Shown: positions 19,987-31,739, counted from the whole stretch's first letter. The stretch: DNA of 63,986 bases, filler included, from Limisphaerales bacterium (GCA_044225505.1; 12 parts of 12 records of this genome joined end to end with filler, not necessarily neighbours in it); one strand, 5' to 3'. Numbers and translations: made by a program. Notes: generated by a model not told the origin, from the letters alone.

Positions 19987-21255
19987 ATGAGAACACTGAC
20001 GTCTATTGCCGTTGGAATTTTGGTAGTCGGCGGACTCGTTGTCGGGATGTGGTGGCAGCCTCGCCCGAAACGAATCGTTCAGGCGCCGGTTCGGAGCGTC
20101 GTCCTGTCGACGAACGGGCCGACCCACGATCCGGCCCGGTCCGCAACGGAACCAAACCGTGCGCGACAGAGTCCGTGGGCCGCCCTCCGGACGGGCGACT
20201 ACGACGGGTTTGTCCTATTGCTCCGGCAATCAGGTTGTCCAGAAGAAACAGTGCAGCTGTTTGCGACCGCGGCGCTCGGGCGCGAAGCGCAAAAGCGGGT
20301 CGAAGCGCCGGAACTTCTCAAAGCCAAACGATCGGTCTATTGGCGCGACGAGCTCCAGGAGAGAAAGCCCACTTGGCCCGCGGCGAGCCAGCAGGAGCGC
20401 GCTCGGATCGAAAAGACCCTGGCCCAATTGCTGCAGGTTCCCGGAGGCGCAATCACGAAGGAATTCATCGAAGTAAATTCACCACCGGATTGGCTCGACC
20501 GGGGGTTGCGGGTTCAGCTTTCGGAGATCCTTGCGCGCCAGGAAACCGAGCTGGACCCGTACGCCACGGGAGCGATGAGCGATACGGAACGAGCGGAGCT
20601 TTTAGAACTTAAGCGCCGCCACCGCGCGGAGTTGGAACAGTTGCTCGGTCGCGAAAAACGGGAGGAGTACGAAGCACGCGAATCGCTGGAGGCGGACTTT
20701 GTGCGCCGCAATCTGCCCCCGGCCAGGGACGAAGCTGAATTCCGGCGAATGGTCGCGGCGGCCAATGACGTTGGCATGACGATGACGGAGGTTCTCACCG
20801 ACTCTCTCCCCGCGGCAGCCGTCCCAGGTAAACCCACGTTGCGGTCGCGAGTGTTGAACCGCCTTCGCGAGCTTAGCGATCCCACCCGGAGCGCGGAATT
20901 AGAGGAAGCCGCCGCTGCGGAAGAAGAAGCGCGCAAGAACCGGCAAGACGCTGAGCGGGAAAGGCAATCTCTGGCTGATTTACAGGTGTTGGCGAGAGCA
21001 GGCGGAGTCGATCTGAACGATGAGGAGGCGCATCGTTTGCATGCAGCTGTGCGCGAACGCGGAGCACAACTGGATCGGGAGTTGGGCGATCCAGGGAAAA
21101 TGCCTGAAGCGGAACGGGCCAAGGTCATGCAGCGAGTGAAAACGGAGATGGAGAGCGTCGCGGTAAGCACCCTGGGGGAGAAAGGCCGAGTCGTGTTTGA
21201 GCAAATGCTCAAGCGAGATCTGAAAGACGAGAACCAGGCCAAGCCAGGTCCCTGA
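19987..21255 (+). CDS. Membrane-anchored helical protein paralogous to the ECF C-terminal extension
   Basis: N-terminal TM; WAALRTGDYDGFVLLLRQSGCPEETV matches WSDLESRDYRQYIANLRSSGAPEQLI in the upstream gene. Confidence 0.75.
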   Translation: MRTLTSIAVGILVVGGLVVGMWWQPRPKRIVQAPVRSVVLSTNGPTHDPARSATEPNRARQSPWAALRTGDYDGFVLLLRQSGCPEETVQLFATAALGREAQKRVEAPELLKAKRSVYWRDELQERKPTWPAASQQERARIEKTLAQLLQVPGGAITKEFIEVNSPPDWLDRGLRVQLSEILARQETELDPYATGAMSDTERAELLELKRRHRAELEQLLGREKREEYEARESLEADFVRRNLPPARDEAEFRRMVAAANDVGMTMTEVLTDSLPAAAVPGKPTLRSRVLNRLRELSDPTRSAELEEAAAAEEEARKNRQDAERERQSLADLQVLARAGGVDLNDEEAHRLHAAVRERGAQLDRELGDPGKMPEAERAKVMQRVKTEMESVAVSTLGEKGRVVFEQMLKRDLKDENQAKPGP

Positions 21256-21414
21256 GCGGTATAGTTGCTGGCGCGGGAGAGTAGCAGCACCATGTGGAGT
21301 GATGCGTCTCGCGGATGGGGCAACAAGCGGTTGGTGATTGCGAACATCGGCGTGCAGTCAAACGCACACCCGTCGGTCGACGCTTTGGAATGATGTTTGC
21401 CTCAAATCGAGGCG

Positions 21415-21639
21415 ATGAGTGCATGCGCATTGAAATGCTCCACGTGCGGTGGCCCCATGCTTCTCGTGAAAGTCCTGCCGCACAGCGTGGGGTACTTGAC
21501 CAGGTACCGGTCCACCTGTGCCGATTGCGACGGACAGAAAGCGACGACATCCTGGCCGTATGAAGTCGGACGCCGGCTGTTCATTCATGGGGACAGTGAC
21601 GAATTGCCTTGTGAACCGGTGGCGCTGGTCTTTCGTTAA
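21415..21639 (+). CDS. Possible small zinc-ribbon protein
   Basis: CSTCGGPM...CADCD (two CxxC motifs); short and otherwise unsupported. Confidence 0.3.
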   Translation: MSACALKCSTCGGPMLLVKVLPHSVGYLTRYRSTCADCDGQKATTSWPYEVGRRLFIHGDSDELPCEPVALVFR

Positions 21640-22259
21640 GGGGGGGATGACGCGCTCTTACGTGATTAGATGTCTCCGGGGAGAGCGGTAGGATACGAGC
21701 GTCGTCCCCACCCATCCGATGCGTGAAGATCACGCAACGGCGCAAGTTGTTTTCACTTCTCCAGCCTCTCATCGCTGGGAGTTTGCCGATTCTGGGGTCG
21801 TCGATGATCTGACGGCGGAGAGCTTCGCTGACCGAACACCGACCCGTTTCAGGAGACTTTCTCGAATCAACTCTGCATGGATCTCAATGCGTTGGGTGCA
21901 TATCCCCAAGCAGTGGGGATTAATAATCAGCCTTTTGTTGCCGCGATCAGGAGTTTCTTGCGTGGACTTTCCACCACACGGCAACGGTGTTCTCGCCCGT
22001 TGGCAAAGTCATGAAGACGGCTGCGAACGAGGCGCATCGACTCCTTCTTAGCGGATGAGTCGCAGTTCAACCGCCGGTTGAGAGGCAGCCGTTCAATATC
22101 GATATTGCCTACGGGCTAACGACACTTACGTGACACCTGGGAACGCCGCTTTGTGAGTGTTCACGGATTGCTGCATATGTCAGAAAAGAATCTGCTTTTG
22201 GTGAGCGCCTGTGTTATTAACATCCTGTACGACCGTATGTATCCGCCCAGCTCACCCCG

Positions 22260-23255
22260 ATGACATCTTCTAAAAGACGTACCATAGCCTTGGTGGGAGC
22301 GGCAATTCTCGTTCTCGGCCTGGTTCTTGTAAAATCTCGCCAGTCCCACGCGCCCACGTTCATGGCGGCGCAGCCAAGTGGGCTTCCTCCGGGAACGAAT
22401 CACGTCACCTATGATTTCCTTAGTCCTCTGCCGTTTGCAGGCGGAAAAATGACGGTGACGGCAGCGAGTCAGGGAGGTGGGACATTTCTCTACGATTTGG
22501 AAGCGCGAAAGTTTGTCGGTCGGTTTGACAATGGCTGGCCTCTTTTCCAGGACGGAATCCATTCACGAGTTTTGTGCCAACAACAGGGTGGGCCGTTTCC
22601 AAGCTTGACCGAGATGTTTCGGAGCACGATCCGTCGGTGGTTTACGCCGGGCGTGCAGGGGGTGGGTTTCCTGACGGAGCCCCAGACGTCCTGGTTGATC
22701 GATTTGCAGCAGAACAGGGCAGTGAAGTTGGGTGTGTTGCCGCAATACCCGACCATGACTTACCTACCGTCGCCGGATCTCCGGTATGGCGTGACGGGGA
22801 TTGTCGGAGGGTTGACCAATGCTTTCTACTGTTTTGATTTGCAGGAGCCCAGCTTGAAGCCACTTCCTGGGATCGGTTGGCCGTGCGGTTGGTGGAGCAC
22901 CAACACATTAGTGACGTTTGAACCGAGCTCGGATTTCATGGCTTTTGAGGTGCCCTCGCGGCGGAGTCTTCTGCTTCTAAAGCGAGAGGTAATTGAAGAG
23001 TTTTTCCAGCATTCAAATCTGTCGGCCGACCCAGCCAAGGCCAGAATTTTCACGAGCTGGAACGGGCGGGAGTACGACTTTTACCTAACGGACACAAACG
23101 AGAAATGGAAGGCGAATGAATCGTATATGATTAAGCTTGAGCGACCGGGTGGGACAATGCGATTGGTGGCGCCGCGATTCAAGTTTGAGTGGTCGGATAG
23201 CATTGACGCGACGGGCCGCTATTATATTTATTCCGGACGGGAAGCTGGCGACCGG
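22260..23255 (+). CDS. Hypothetical membrane-anchored protein, beta-propeller-like (3' truncated)
   Basis: N-terminal TM; repeated aromatic-D-L strands (LYDLE, LIDLQ, CFDLQ); open to the contig end. Confidence 0.65.
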
Positions 23256-23355
23256 NNNNNNNNNNNNNNNNNNNNNNNNNNNNNNNNNNNNNNNNNNNNT
23301 TAATTAATTAANNNNNNNNNNNNNNNNNNNNNNNNNNNNNNNNNNNNNNNNNNNN

Positions 23356-25021
23356 CACTAACGGCCTGCCGCAACTGGCCCAGCTTACGGCTGGAGGCCA
23401 TTACCTATCCTCGGACGACCCGGGAAAAACGTTTGCTTCTGGCGATTCGCCTGGGGTGCTGAAGATTCGCTGGCCTTCCGGACAGATAACAACCGAAACG
23501 AATCTTCTGCCGAATAGACTCTACCAAATTCACGAGCCCAGCGGCTTCACAAAAGGTCATCTTGAGCCGCCAGTGCCGGCCAAACGGTTGCGGTTCGAGC
23601 CGCGAGTAGTGGAACAAGCAGGCAAGCCTAACCAGCCCGTTGATTTCGTTGTGGAACCTTCGCTTCCGCGATTGCAGTCCATCCGCTCCCCAAGTCTCGC
23701 CCTGTCCGGTAACAAAAGCTCTGAGTTGCAACTCTGGATCGGTCAGCGGCAAACCCGGTTACGGACCAGTTCACAGAAGTTGTTCCTGCAACCTCGGGAG
23801 CTGGGGAATGTTCGCTCCGTTACTGCCATGATTCCATGGGGCGAGGACCTCATCACGGCCACCGATGCGTGGCAGGGGACGACCCGAACCAATTCCAGGC
23901 TCGTTTCGCTCGAGCGGAAGACGGGCGTCGAACGAGTTATTCTGGCACCTGTTCCTGCGATATCATGCCTGGCTGTTAGCACCGCGGCGGTGACGAACCT
24001 GTTTGTCGGAGGCGGCTCGATGCTCGGCGATTACCCGAATAGTAGTCCCAGTGCATTGATGCGGTGGAAGGACGGCACTTTTCAATCAGCGATCACTACA
24101 AACTTGGGTTTGGTGACGGGAGCGATCTTCGCCCGCCTTGGTGATTCCGCCGGTCCTGATTTGATTACAGTCAGTGAGTGGGGACCACCGCGCATTTTTG
24201 ATGTTGATAACGGCGAACTCAACGCGTGGGATCCGCCGGTCCATTTCCAAACAAATTCCGTTCGAAAACTCGGAGAGTTGAGCGGGTTATGGCAAAGCGT
24301 CGCGGCCGAAGATCTGGACGGCGATGGGCGGAAAGATCTTGTCCTCGGAAACTGGGGATTGAACTCACCTTTTGCACTCTACACCGGCCCCGCGTCCTCT
24401 CCGGAAGTTTCGATACGCCCCCTCTCTCTGTATCACGCGATATTGACCGGAAGCGCACGGACCTGTTTTCAATGTTATCGATCCGCTGATGGACGCGAGT
24501 TGCCCATTCTCGCATTAAACGATCTGTCGCGTCACTTACCGTGGATAAGTGAATCATTTCGAACCTACCGTGGCTTCGCGAACGCCGATGCCGCCACCAT
24601 CCTGGGCGGCCAACTCTCAGCCATGCAACGACTCGAGTGTCGCTGGCTCGCTTCGCTGGTCCTGTTTAATCGTGGCAGTTATTTTGAGGCGTTCGCATTA
24701 CCAGACCTCGCGCAAACCGGGCCAATCTTCGCCTTGCAGGCCGCAGATTTTGATGGCGATGGGCACCTTGACGTTTACTGCGCCCAAGGTTTCTTCGGAT
24801 ATAACTTCAACGCCGGCCGCGATGACGCGAGTGAAGGAGTTTTTCTTCTGGGCCGCGGAGGCTCCACCTTTGACGCAATATCGACAGGCGATGCGGGATG
24901 CCGGCTTTTGGGCGAACAACGCTCGGTTTTGTCGAAAGATTTTGACGGTGACGGAAAGCCAGATCTCGTTGTTGGCGAATACGGTGGAAATGTTACACTC
25001 TTGCTGAATCGCCGACCATGA
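23356..25021 (+). CDS. ASPIC/UnbV + FG-GAP (VCBS) repeat protein (5' truncated)
   Basis: AGGHYLSSDD...LKIRWPSG (ASPIC); DLDGDGRKDLV, DFDGDGHLDV and DFDGDGKPDLV. Confidence 0.88.
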
Positions 25022-26727
25022 GTTTGAAGTTTATTGCCGCATCCCTCGCCCTGACAGCCTTGCTCCAGACAGAACTCACCGGACAGTTGCGAGGAGCCAC
25101 CTCTGTTCCAAACCCGTCGGCGGCCACCCATATCACCTTCACAGAACACGTTGCCCCCATTGTTTTTCGGAGCTGTGTTCCTTGTCATCGAGCTGGTCGA
25201 GCGGCCCCTTTCGCGTTGCAGACCTATCGCGACGCGGCAGATCGTGCGGACAAGATCGCCTCCGTCGTTGTCTCGCGACGCATGCCGCCCTGGCAGGCCG
25301 ATCCAATGTGCGGTCCGTTCGCGAATGCGCGTTTGTTGACGACGAATGAAATTCAAACAATCGCGCAGTGGGCGGCCAATGGTAAGGCAGAGGGAGATCC
25401 AAAGTTTCTCCCGCCCCTGCCAGTTTTTACTGAAAGGTGGCAGTTGGGCCAGCCGGACTTGCTCGTTTCGACAAAGATTCCTTACAAACTGAAACCGTCG
25501 ACGAACGACACCTATTACAACGTCGTTCTGCCCGTTAAATTGGATCGTCCGCGCTTCGTGCGCGCCGTCGAATTCTCTCCCGGAGGAGCCGGCCTCGTGC
25601 ACCACGCCTTCCTTCGATTCGATCGCAGCGGACGATGTCGGCAAATGGCCGCCGAGAACGGTGATGTCGGATTCCCCGGGGTGCACCTTCCCACCGGCGC
25701 TTTCAGCTCGGACTCGCAATTTCTCAGTTGGCAGCCTGGTCGTCACGCATCGGAGGTGCCGAAAGGAATGGCCTGGCAACTTGTTCCAGGGACAGATCTG
25801 ATCCTGCAATTGCATCTTCCCGCGACTTCAATCTCCGCGGATATCGCGCCCTCGGTCGCTTTCTATTTCACGGACCAGCCGCCGACTCGGCGCGGATACA
25901 AAGTTCGACTGACCAGCTTCACTTTTGAAGTTCCGGCGCACGCCACCAACTACACAGTTCGGGAGGAGTTTGTCGTTCCAATTGCCACCACGGTGGTATC
26001 TCTGCTGCCGCATGCGCACCTTCTCGCCAGGACCGTGCGCGTGACACTGACAGAGCCAGGCGCACAGACCCGCACACTCCTGGATATCCCGCGCTGGGAT
26101 TTTCAATGGCAAACCGACTATAACTTGCAGCCCGAGATACCGATTCCATCCGGCAGCCGCCTCGCTGTGGAATTCACCTACGCGAATCCGAATTCTTTTC
26201 CGGTGAATTACGGGCCTAACACCTCCGACGAAATGGCCGAACTCTGGCTGCTGCTGGCGATCAACAATCAGGCTGAGTATGACGCCATGGCGAAAGCCGA
26301 GTCGCCCCTGGTCATTCGCGACAGTATTGCCTACAACCGCTATCGCGTGCGAGTCGACCCTCGCGATTGGCGGGCTTATCTGCAAATCGCCAACGCTCTG
26401 CTGACTCGGGACGACCCCCAGGCCGCACTTCCTGAAATCGAGCGGGCGGAGGCCATTGCTCCGAACGAGTCCGAACCGCATTATTGGGCGGGCTTCGCTC
26501 TTCGGGAATTGAACCGAATTGAGGAAGCAGAATCAAAGTTTTACACAGCTCTGCGGTGTGATCCGAAAAACTGGCAGGCCCACGGAACACTTGGCCTGAT
26601 CTTCCTCGGTCGAAAGGATTACCAGGAAGCCGCCAACCGTTTTCGAGCTGCTCTTGCGATAAATCCTCGTGACCGAATCGCGCGTCAAGGGCTCGCTCAA
26701 GCGGAAGCAGCTTCCCGCCGCCAGTGA
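25018..26727 (+). CDS. Exported c-type heme + copper type II monooxygenase-like + TPR protein
   Basis: CVPCH; VHH, LQLH, PHAH and DEM copper ligands; C-terminal TPRs; ATGA overlap with the upstream gene. Confidence 0.82.
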   Translation: MSLKFIAASLALTALLQTELTGQLRGATSVPNPSAATHITFTEHVAPIVFRSCVPCHRAGRAAPFALQTYRDAADRADKIASVVVSRRMPPWQADPMCGPFANARLLTTNEIQTIAQWAANGKAEGDPKFLPPLPVFTERWQLGQPDLLVSTKIPYKLKPSTNDTYYNVVLPVKLDRPRFVRAVEFSPGGAGLVHHAFLRFDRSGRCRQMAAENGDVGFPGVHLPTGAFSSDSQFLSWQPGRHASEVPKGMAWQLVPGTDLILQLHLPATSISADIAPSVAFYFTDQPPTRRGYKVRLTSFTFEVPAHATNYTVREEFVVPIATTVVSLLPHAHLLARTVRVTLTEPGAQTRTLLDIPRWDFQWQTDYNLQPEIPIPSGSRLAVEFTYANPNSFPVNYGPNTSDEMAELWLLLAINNQAEYDAMAKAESPLVIRDSIAYNRYRVRVDPRDWRAYLQIANALLTRDDPQAALPEIERAEAIAPNESEPHYWAGFALRELNRIEEAESKFYTALRCDPKNWQAHGTLGLIFLGRKDYQEAANRFRAALAINPRDRIARQGLAQAEAASRRQ

Positions 26728-26740
26728 CCTGATTGCACGA

Positions 26741-27526
26741 TTATCGGAACGCCGCCCATGCCTCGCTGTGCGGTTGGTTATCTCTGTTCCACATTCGCAT
26801 GACCTCATCCTTCAGACCGAACAATTGATCAGTCGTGAACATAGCGGTATGTCCGTCGGCGAATGCGGCGTTGAACTTTGATCCATGCCGTTTTTTCTGG
26901 GCGGCTTGCTGCTCCTGCCCGCGCGAGGATGTCACATTGTGATAATACGCCCGAGGCGAAAAGAGCGAGATCGTACCGTCGCCCGACAGGACCGTGTCCC
27001 CGTAACTGAGCATCTGCGAAGGCGAGATAATTTCCTCTTCACGGACATGCTTGTTCGGTCGCCATTGTCCGTCCGATCCGATAAAAGCGCTTCCGCCAAG
27101 TCCGCCTCCCCCCACACCGGCATCATTAATATCGTAATCGCGGGCCAGCGGATAAAACACCCCGCCGTTCGCCTCAAACTGGCCGGCCATGCCGAAATTG
27201 GTCGCACGCTGGATACCTAACCCCGGACAACGGTAAAGCTCGTTGGTCCAATAATTGAGCGTGTACGGCCGGAGTTGGTCCACCCAAAAGCCCGCGGTCG
27301 TGCCTGGCTCCCACCACCAGCCATTGGGATAGGCATGATAATCCGCGGTGTAGAGCGCGGTGGCGAGGCTGATTTGACGGAGATTATTGCGGCACTTGGC
27401 AGCGAGCGCGGAGGTCTTGGCCTTGCTCAGGGCCGGCAGGAGCATTCCGGCGAGAATCGCAATGATCGCAATGACAACCAGGAGCTCGATCAAAGTGAAC
27501 GCCAATCTCGAACGGGGCGGGTGCAT
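26741..27526 (-). CDS. Prepilin-type N-terminal / H-X9-DG (DUF1559-like) protein
   Basis: [25 protein letters not shown] and [14 protein letters not shown]. Confidence 0.92.
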   Translation of the reverse strand: MHPPRSRLAFTLIELLVVIAIIAILAGMLLPALSKAKTSALAAKCRNNLRQISLATALYTADYHAYPNGWWWEPGTTAGFWVDQLRPYTLNYWTNELYRCPGLGIQRATNFGMAGQFEANGGVFYPLARDYDINDAGVGGGGLGGSAFIGSDGQWRPNKHVREEEIISPSQMLSYGDTVLSGDGTISLFSPRAYYHNVTSSRGQEQQAAQKKRHGSKFNAAFADGHTAMFTTDQLFGLKDEVMRMWNRDNQPHSEAWAAFR

Positions 27527-27718
27527 GGCGCCATAAAACCAAGTTCGCGCGCAAGTTCGGTGGCGGCCGTGAAGAGCGGTTTCTTCGTGAGTTTATCCAG
27601 GACTTTCGTTCGTCCGCGGCGCTCGGGGAATTGGATCAGTTCTGTCTGTCTCACCTCAGCTTGAAAAAACTTTGTCCAATTTGGCGCCGGGGCCGGAAGT
27701 ATTGATAGAATCCCATAA

Positions 27719-28273
27719 ATGTCACCTGATTCGATGCGCCCGTTTGAGGATCAAAGCGCTTCGCAGCAGCGTTTTCTTTCGCTGTTTCTGCGCAGTGAGC
27801 GGGAGATTTTTCGTTATGTCGCGGTCCTGGTACCGAACGTGTCAGACGCCGAGGACATTGTGCAGCAGACGGCTGTTGCGCTTTGGGAGAAGTTCGATGC
27901 CTACGATCAAACCCAGCCTTTCACGCCTTGGGCTTGCCGTTTTGCCTTGAACAAAGCCCGGCAGTGGATTGAGCGGCGGCAACGATGGCAGGCTTTGCTT
28001 GAAGGAGGACTGGCCGAGGAACTGGCCCAACGGCGAGAGCAATTACGTCCGGACCTTGAATGCAGGCTGAAAAATCTTGAACAGTGCCTGGTTAAATTGC
28101 CTGAAGAGCAACGCTCATTGGTCGAAGGCTATTATTATCACCGCACCGGTATTGAGGAACTGGCCGAACACTCCGGCCGGACGGTCGCTGCCACTTACAA
28201 AGCTCTGCAACGAATTCGGCAAGCGCTTCAGCTCTGCGTGGAGAGTGCGTCGAGGCCGGAGGGAGTCACATGA
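27719..28273 (+). CDS. ECF sigma-70 factor (Rhodopirellula/Verrucomicrobium type)
   Basis: DAEDIVQQTAVALWEKF, FTPWACRFA and YKALQRIRQAL. Confidence 0.9.
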   Translation: MSPDSMRPFEDQSASQQRFLSLFLRSEREIFRYVAVLVPNVSDAEDIVQQTAVALWEKFDAYDQTQPFTPWACRFALNKARQWIERRQRWQALLEGGLAEELAQRREQLRPDLECRLKNLEQCLVKLPEEQRSLVEGYYYHRTGIEELAEHSGRTVAATYKALQRIRQALQLCVESASRPEGVT

Positions 28274-28916
28274 AAATCGTGTTTCCTTCGCGCGAATTCG
28301 ACGATGCCGTGGCGGACGTTTGTCACGGGCTCCCCTCCAATGAGCAAGCACGAGCTCTGAATGAAATTCTCCGTAGAAACCCCGCGGCGCGAGATGAGTA
28401 CGTTCTGCGGGTCCAACTTCATTCGCGCTTAGCCTCTGATCCAGATCTCTTCACTATGGCTTCGGCACCGCCCGAAGGGAAGGTGCTGACCATGGTGTCT
28501 TCCGTGCGAAGGCAACGCCGCAAAATCCCGTGGTTTTTGAGTCTGGCAGCCTGCGCGGCTCTTCTTGCTGCGGGAATCTGGAGCATGCGCCTCCGATTGA
28601 CGGCCGAAAAGCGGATCGCGACCACGAGCAAAGCAGTCGCGCTGCTGAACGGAACGGTGGACGCACGGTGGAACGCTCGCGAACCAGCGCGCTTGAGCAC
28701 TCCTTTGGAACCGGGCTGGCTGCGATTGGAATCGGGTTTGGCACAAGTGGTCTTTTACAGCGGCGCGCGAGTGGTCATCGAGGGACCGGCTGAATTTGAA
28801 CTCATATCTCGAAATGAGGCTTCGTGCCGGCGCGGTCGGATCGTTGCGGATATTCCCGCGCAGGCCCGGGGTTTTCGAATTCAAACCCCCGAAGGCAGCG
28901 TGACCGACCTCGGCAC
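28270..28916 (+). CDS. FecR-domain anti-sigma factor (3' truncated)
   Basis: TM helix, LRLESGLAQVVFYSGARVVIEGPA and FRIQTPEGSVTDLG; overlaps the sigma stop. Confidence 0.85.
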
Positions 28917-29016
28917 NNNNNNNNNNNNNNNNNNNNNNNNNNNNNNNNNNNNNNNNNNNNTTAATTAATTAANNNNNNNNNNNNNNNNNNNNNNNNNNNN
29001 NNNNNNNNNNNNNNNN

Positions 29017-30987
29017 GGATTGACCAGCTTTGTGCTCCGGACGGGACGGGCGCTCCTGGTCAATCGACGGTCGATCATTCGCAGACAAGCCGACGGAGTC
29101 GCTGTGCTGGTGGATGGGTCTGAAGAAATGCCCTATGTCGAGGTTGGCACACCGGCGGCCGTATGGCTTGGAGCGCCGCTCAACGTGCGGGGGCAAACGT
29201 TTGGTGTTTTGGCCGTGCAAGACTACCGAGAGGAGAAAGCGTACGGCGAAGAGGAAAAGCGCATTCTCACTTTCGTCGCGGAACAAACGGCCCTCGCTAT
29301 CGACCGAAAGCGCGCGGAACGTGCGTTGCGACGCCGAAGCGACCAGGTTGCCCGGCACCGCGACGTTCTCCTGGAACTGGCGCAACGGGATCGATCGGAT
29401 TTCGGCGATGCACTCCAGCGGATCTGTCAGTTAAGCGCGGACTCGTTGCACGTGGCCAGGGTGGGATACTGGGCCTTGGAAGCAGATAACGCCGCGCTGG
29501 TCTGTGGAGCACTTTACTTGCGTGACTTGGGCCAGGTGGACCTTTCCCTCAAGGGCACTCGGTTAAATGCGCAGGATTGTCCGGCGTACTTTGCCGCGTT
29601 GGCGGTGAAGCGCCCGATCGTAGCGAATCGCGCTCTCACTCACCCCGCGACCTGCGGGCTGGCGGAAGGATACCTTTCCAAGCTCAACATTACGTCGATG
29701 CTGGACGTTCCGGTCTGGCTGCATGGCCGCGTCATGGGAGTCCTTTGCCACGAACATGTGGGCGATCCCCGGGAGTGGTCCGGCGAAGAAATCGATTTTG
29801 CTTCGTCTCTCGCGACGATGGTCTCGCTCTCGTTTGAAGCCGCGCAACGGGCGCGTTCGGAACAGGCATTGCGGGAATCCGAGCAGAAGTTCCGGGCATT
29901 GTTTGAAGCGAGCAGCCAGGGCGTTATGCTTCACGATGAAGAACGGTTTCTGGAAGTGAATCCGGCAACCGTCCGCATCATGGGATACGAACGGGCTGAA
30001 GATTTGATCGGTCGCCACCCCGCAGAGATGTCCGTCCCGGTGCAACCAAACGGCGAGTCTGCCGAAACCTTGGCGCGCCGCCATATCCAGGAATGCATGA
30101 CGCGCGGCAGCGTGCGCTTTGAGTGGCTCGCTCGCAACGCCCGCGGAGGCGAGATTCCTCTGGAAGTCATTCTGACTCGGATCGCCATGAACGGTCGGCA
30201 AATGATCCAGGCGGTCATTAATGACATTGCCGATCGAAAGAAAGCCGAGGCCGAACTGCTGCGCGCCCTGGCTAGAGAAAAGGAGCTCGGTCAGTTGAAA
30301 AGCAACTTCGTCTCGATGGTTTCGCACGAGTTTCGAACGCCCTTGGGAATCATTATGTCGTCGGCCGAGATATTGCAGGACTACCTCGAGCAACTCGAAC
30401 CGGAAGAACGCCAGCACCACTTGCAATCCATCGCCAAGAATACTCGGCGCATGTCCGACCTGATGGAGGAAGTCTTGCTGCTCGGCCGATTCGAAGCCGG
30501 AAAAATGGATTACCAACCCGCCGAAATTGACTTGGCGAGCTTCGCCCGTCGCCTGGTGGATGAAGTTCTTTCCGCCACGGACCGGCGTTGCCCGATCGAG
30601 CTGCGAACGGCTGAGGCCACCGCCGCAAACGCGGACGAACGGTTGCTCCGGCATATCTTCACCAACCTCCTTACCAACGCGGTGAAGTATTCCGAGGCCG
30701 GCCGGCCCATCCGCTTTACGATCTATGCCGAAGGATCGGATGCCGTGTGTTCGGTGCAAGATGTCGGGATTGGGATCCCGGAAGCGGACTTGCCCTGGCT
30801 TTTCAATGCGTTCCACCGCGGTCGCAATGTGGGTCAGCGTCCGGGGACCGGGCTGGGCCTAGTGATTGTAAAACGCTGTGTTGAACTCCACGGCGGCCGA
30901 ATTAAGATTGAGAGTCAGGTTGGATCCGGCACGACCTGCGTGGTGCGGTTGCCAGTGTTTGACGGGTCACCAGAGGCGTTGCCTTGA
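29017..30987 (+). CDS. GAF-GAF-PAS sensor histidine kinase (5' truncated)
   Basis: VSHEFRTPL H-box, NLLTNAVKYS, DVGIGI and GTGLGL. Confidence 0.95.
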   Translation, partial: GLTSFVLRTGRALLVNRRSIIRRQADGVAVLVDGSEEMPYVEVGTPAAVWLGAPLNVRGQTFGVLAVQDYREEKAYGEEEKRILTFVAEQTALAIDRKRAERALRRRSDQVARHRDVLLELAQRDRSDFGDALQRICQLSADSLHVARVGYWALEADNAALVCGALYLRDLGQVDLSLKGTRLNAQDCPAYFAALAVKRPIVANRALTHPATCGLAEGYLSKLNITSMLDVPVWLHGRVMGVLCHEHVGDPREWSGEEIDFASSLATMVSLSFEAAQRARSEQALRESEQKFRALFEASSQGVMLHDEERFLEVNPATVRIMGYERAEDLIGRHPAEMSVPVQPNGESAETLARRHIQECMTRGSVRFEWLARNARGGEIPLEVILTRIAMNGRQMIQAVINDIADRKKAEAELLRALAREKELGQLKSNFVSMVSHEFRTPLGIIMSSAEILQDYLEQLEPEERQHHLQSIAKNTRRMSDLMEEVLLLGRFEAGKMDYQPAEIDLASFARRLVDEVLSATDRRCPIELRTAEATAANADERLLRHIFTNLLTNAVKYSEAGRPIRFTIYAEGSDAVCSVQDVGIGIPEADLPWLFNAFHRGRNVGQRPGTGLGLVIVKRCVELHGGRIKIESQVGSGTTCVVRLPVFDGSPEALP

Positions 30988-31003
30988 ATCACTCTAGATA
31001 ATT

Positions 31004-31651
31004 ATGCCAAACATCCTGGTCATCGAAGACGAGCCGGAAATGAGGCGAAATCTCCTCACGATCCTGAAGCTGGAGAAATTCAATGCCACCGGTGCGGAGA
31101 ACGGCCGGGTTGGCGTCGAACTGGCCAAGAAAGCCAGGCCCGACCTCATTCTTTGCGATGTGATGATGCCCGAGCTGGATGGCTACGGAGTTCTGCAAGC
31201 CCTCCGGCAGGATCCCATCACCATCAGTACTCCTTTTATCTTCCTGACAGCGAAGGGCGAAAAGCCTGACATCCGAGCGGGGATGAACCTGGGCGCGGAC
31301 GATTATTTGACCAAGCCAGTCGGAAAAGCCGATCTCTTGAATGCCATTAGCGCGCGTCTGCGGCGGCAGCACGAGCAAGCCCAGCAGGAGTTCAAACCAA
31401 ACTTCTCCTCGTTTCAGCCGCTGCTCACCCTCGGTCTCACCCCACGCGTCGCGGAAGTCCTGCTCTGGGTCGCCCAAGGAAAGACCAACGCGGATATCGC
31501 GACCATCCTGGGAATTAGCGAATCCACGGTAAAAAAGCACCTCCTCGAGATTTTCCAAAATCTGGGGGTCGAAACCCGCAGTTCAGCCACCCTCCGTGCG
31601 TTGGAGGTGCTGAGTTCAGCAGCCGCGCAGCCCGACCCAACCGGAAAGTGA
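31004..31651 (+). CDS. Response regulator, receiver + LuxR HTH
   Basis: ILVIEDE, LCDVMMP and LTPRVAEVLLWVAQGKTNADIA. Confidence 0.95.
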   Translation: MPNILVIEDEPEMRRNLLTILKLEKFNATGAENGRVGVELAKKARPDLILCDVMMPELDGYGVLQALRQDPITISTPFIFLTAKGEKPDIRAGMNLGADDYLTKPVGKADLLNAISARLRRQHEQAQQEFKPNFSSFQPLLTLGLTPRVAEVLLWVAQGKTNADIATILGISESTVKKHLLEIFQNLGVETRSSATLRALEVLSSAAAQPDPTGK

Positions 31652-31739
31652 CCGCCCCGGCCAGGCGTCGACCCGGATGAAGGCATTATGGGACGCCCAG
31701 CACAGCCGCGTCCCACTAGCCCAAGCGATCGACTTCAGG

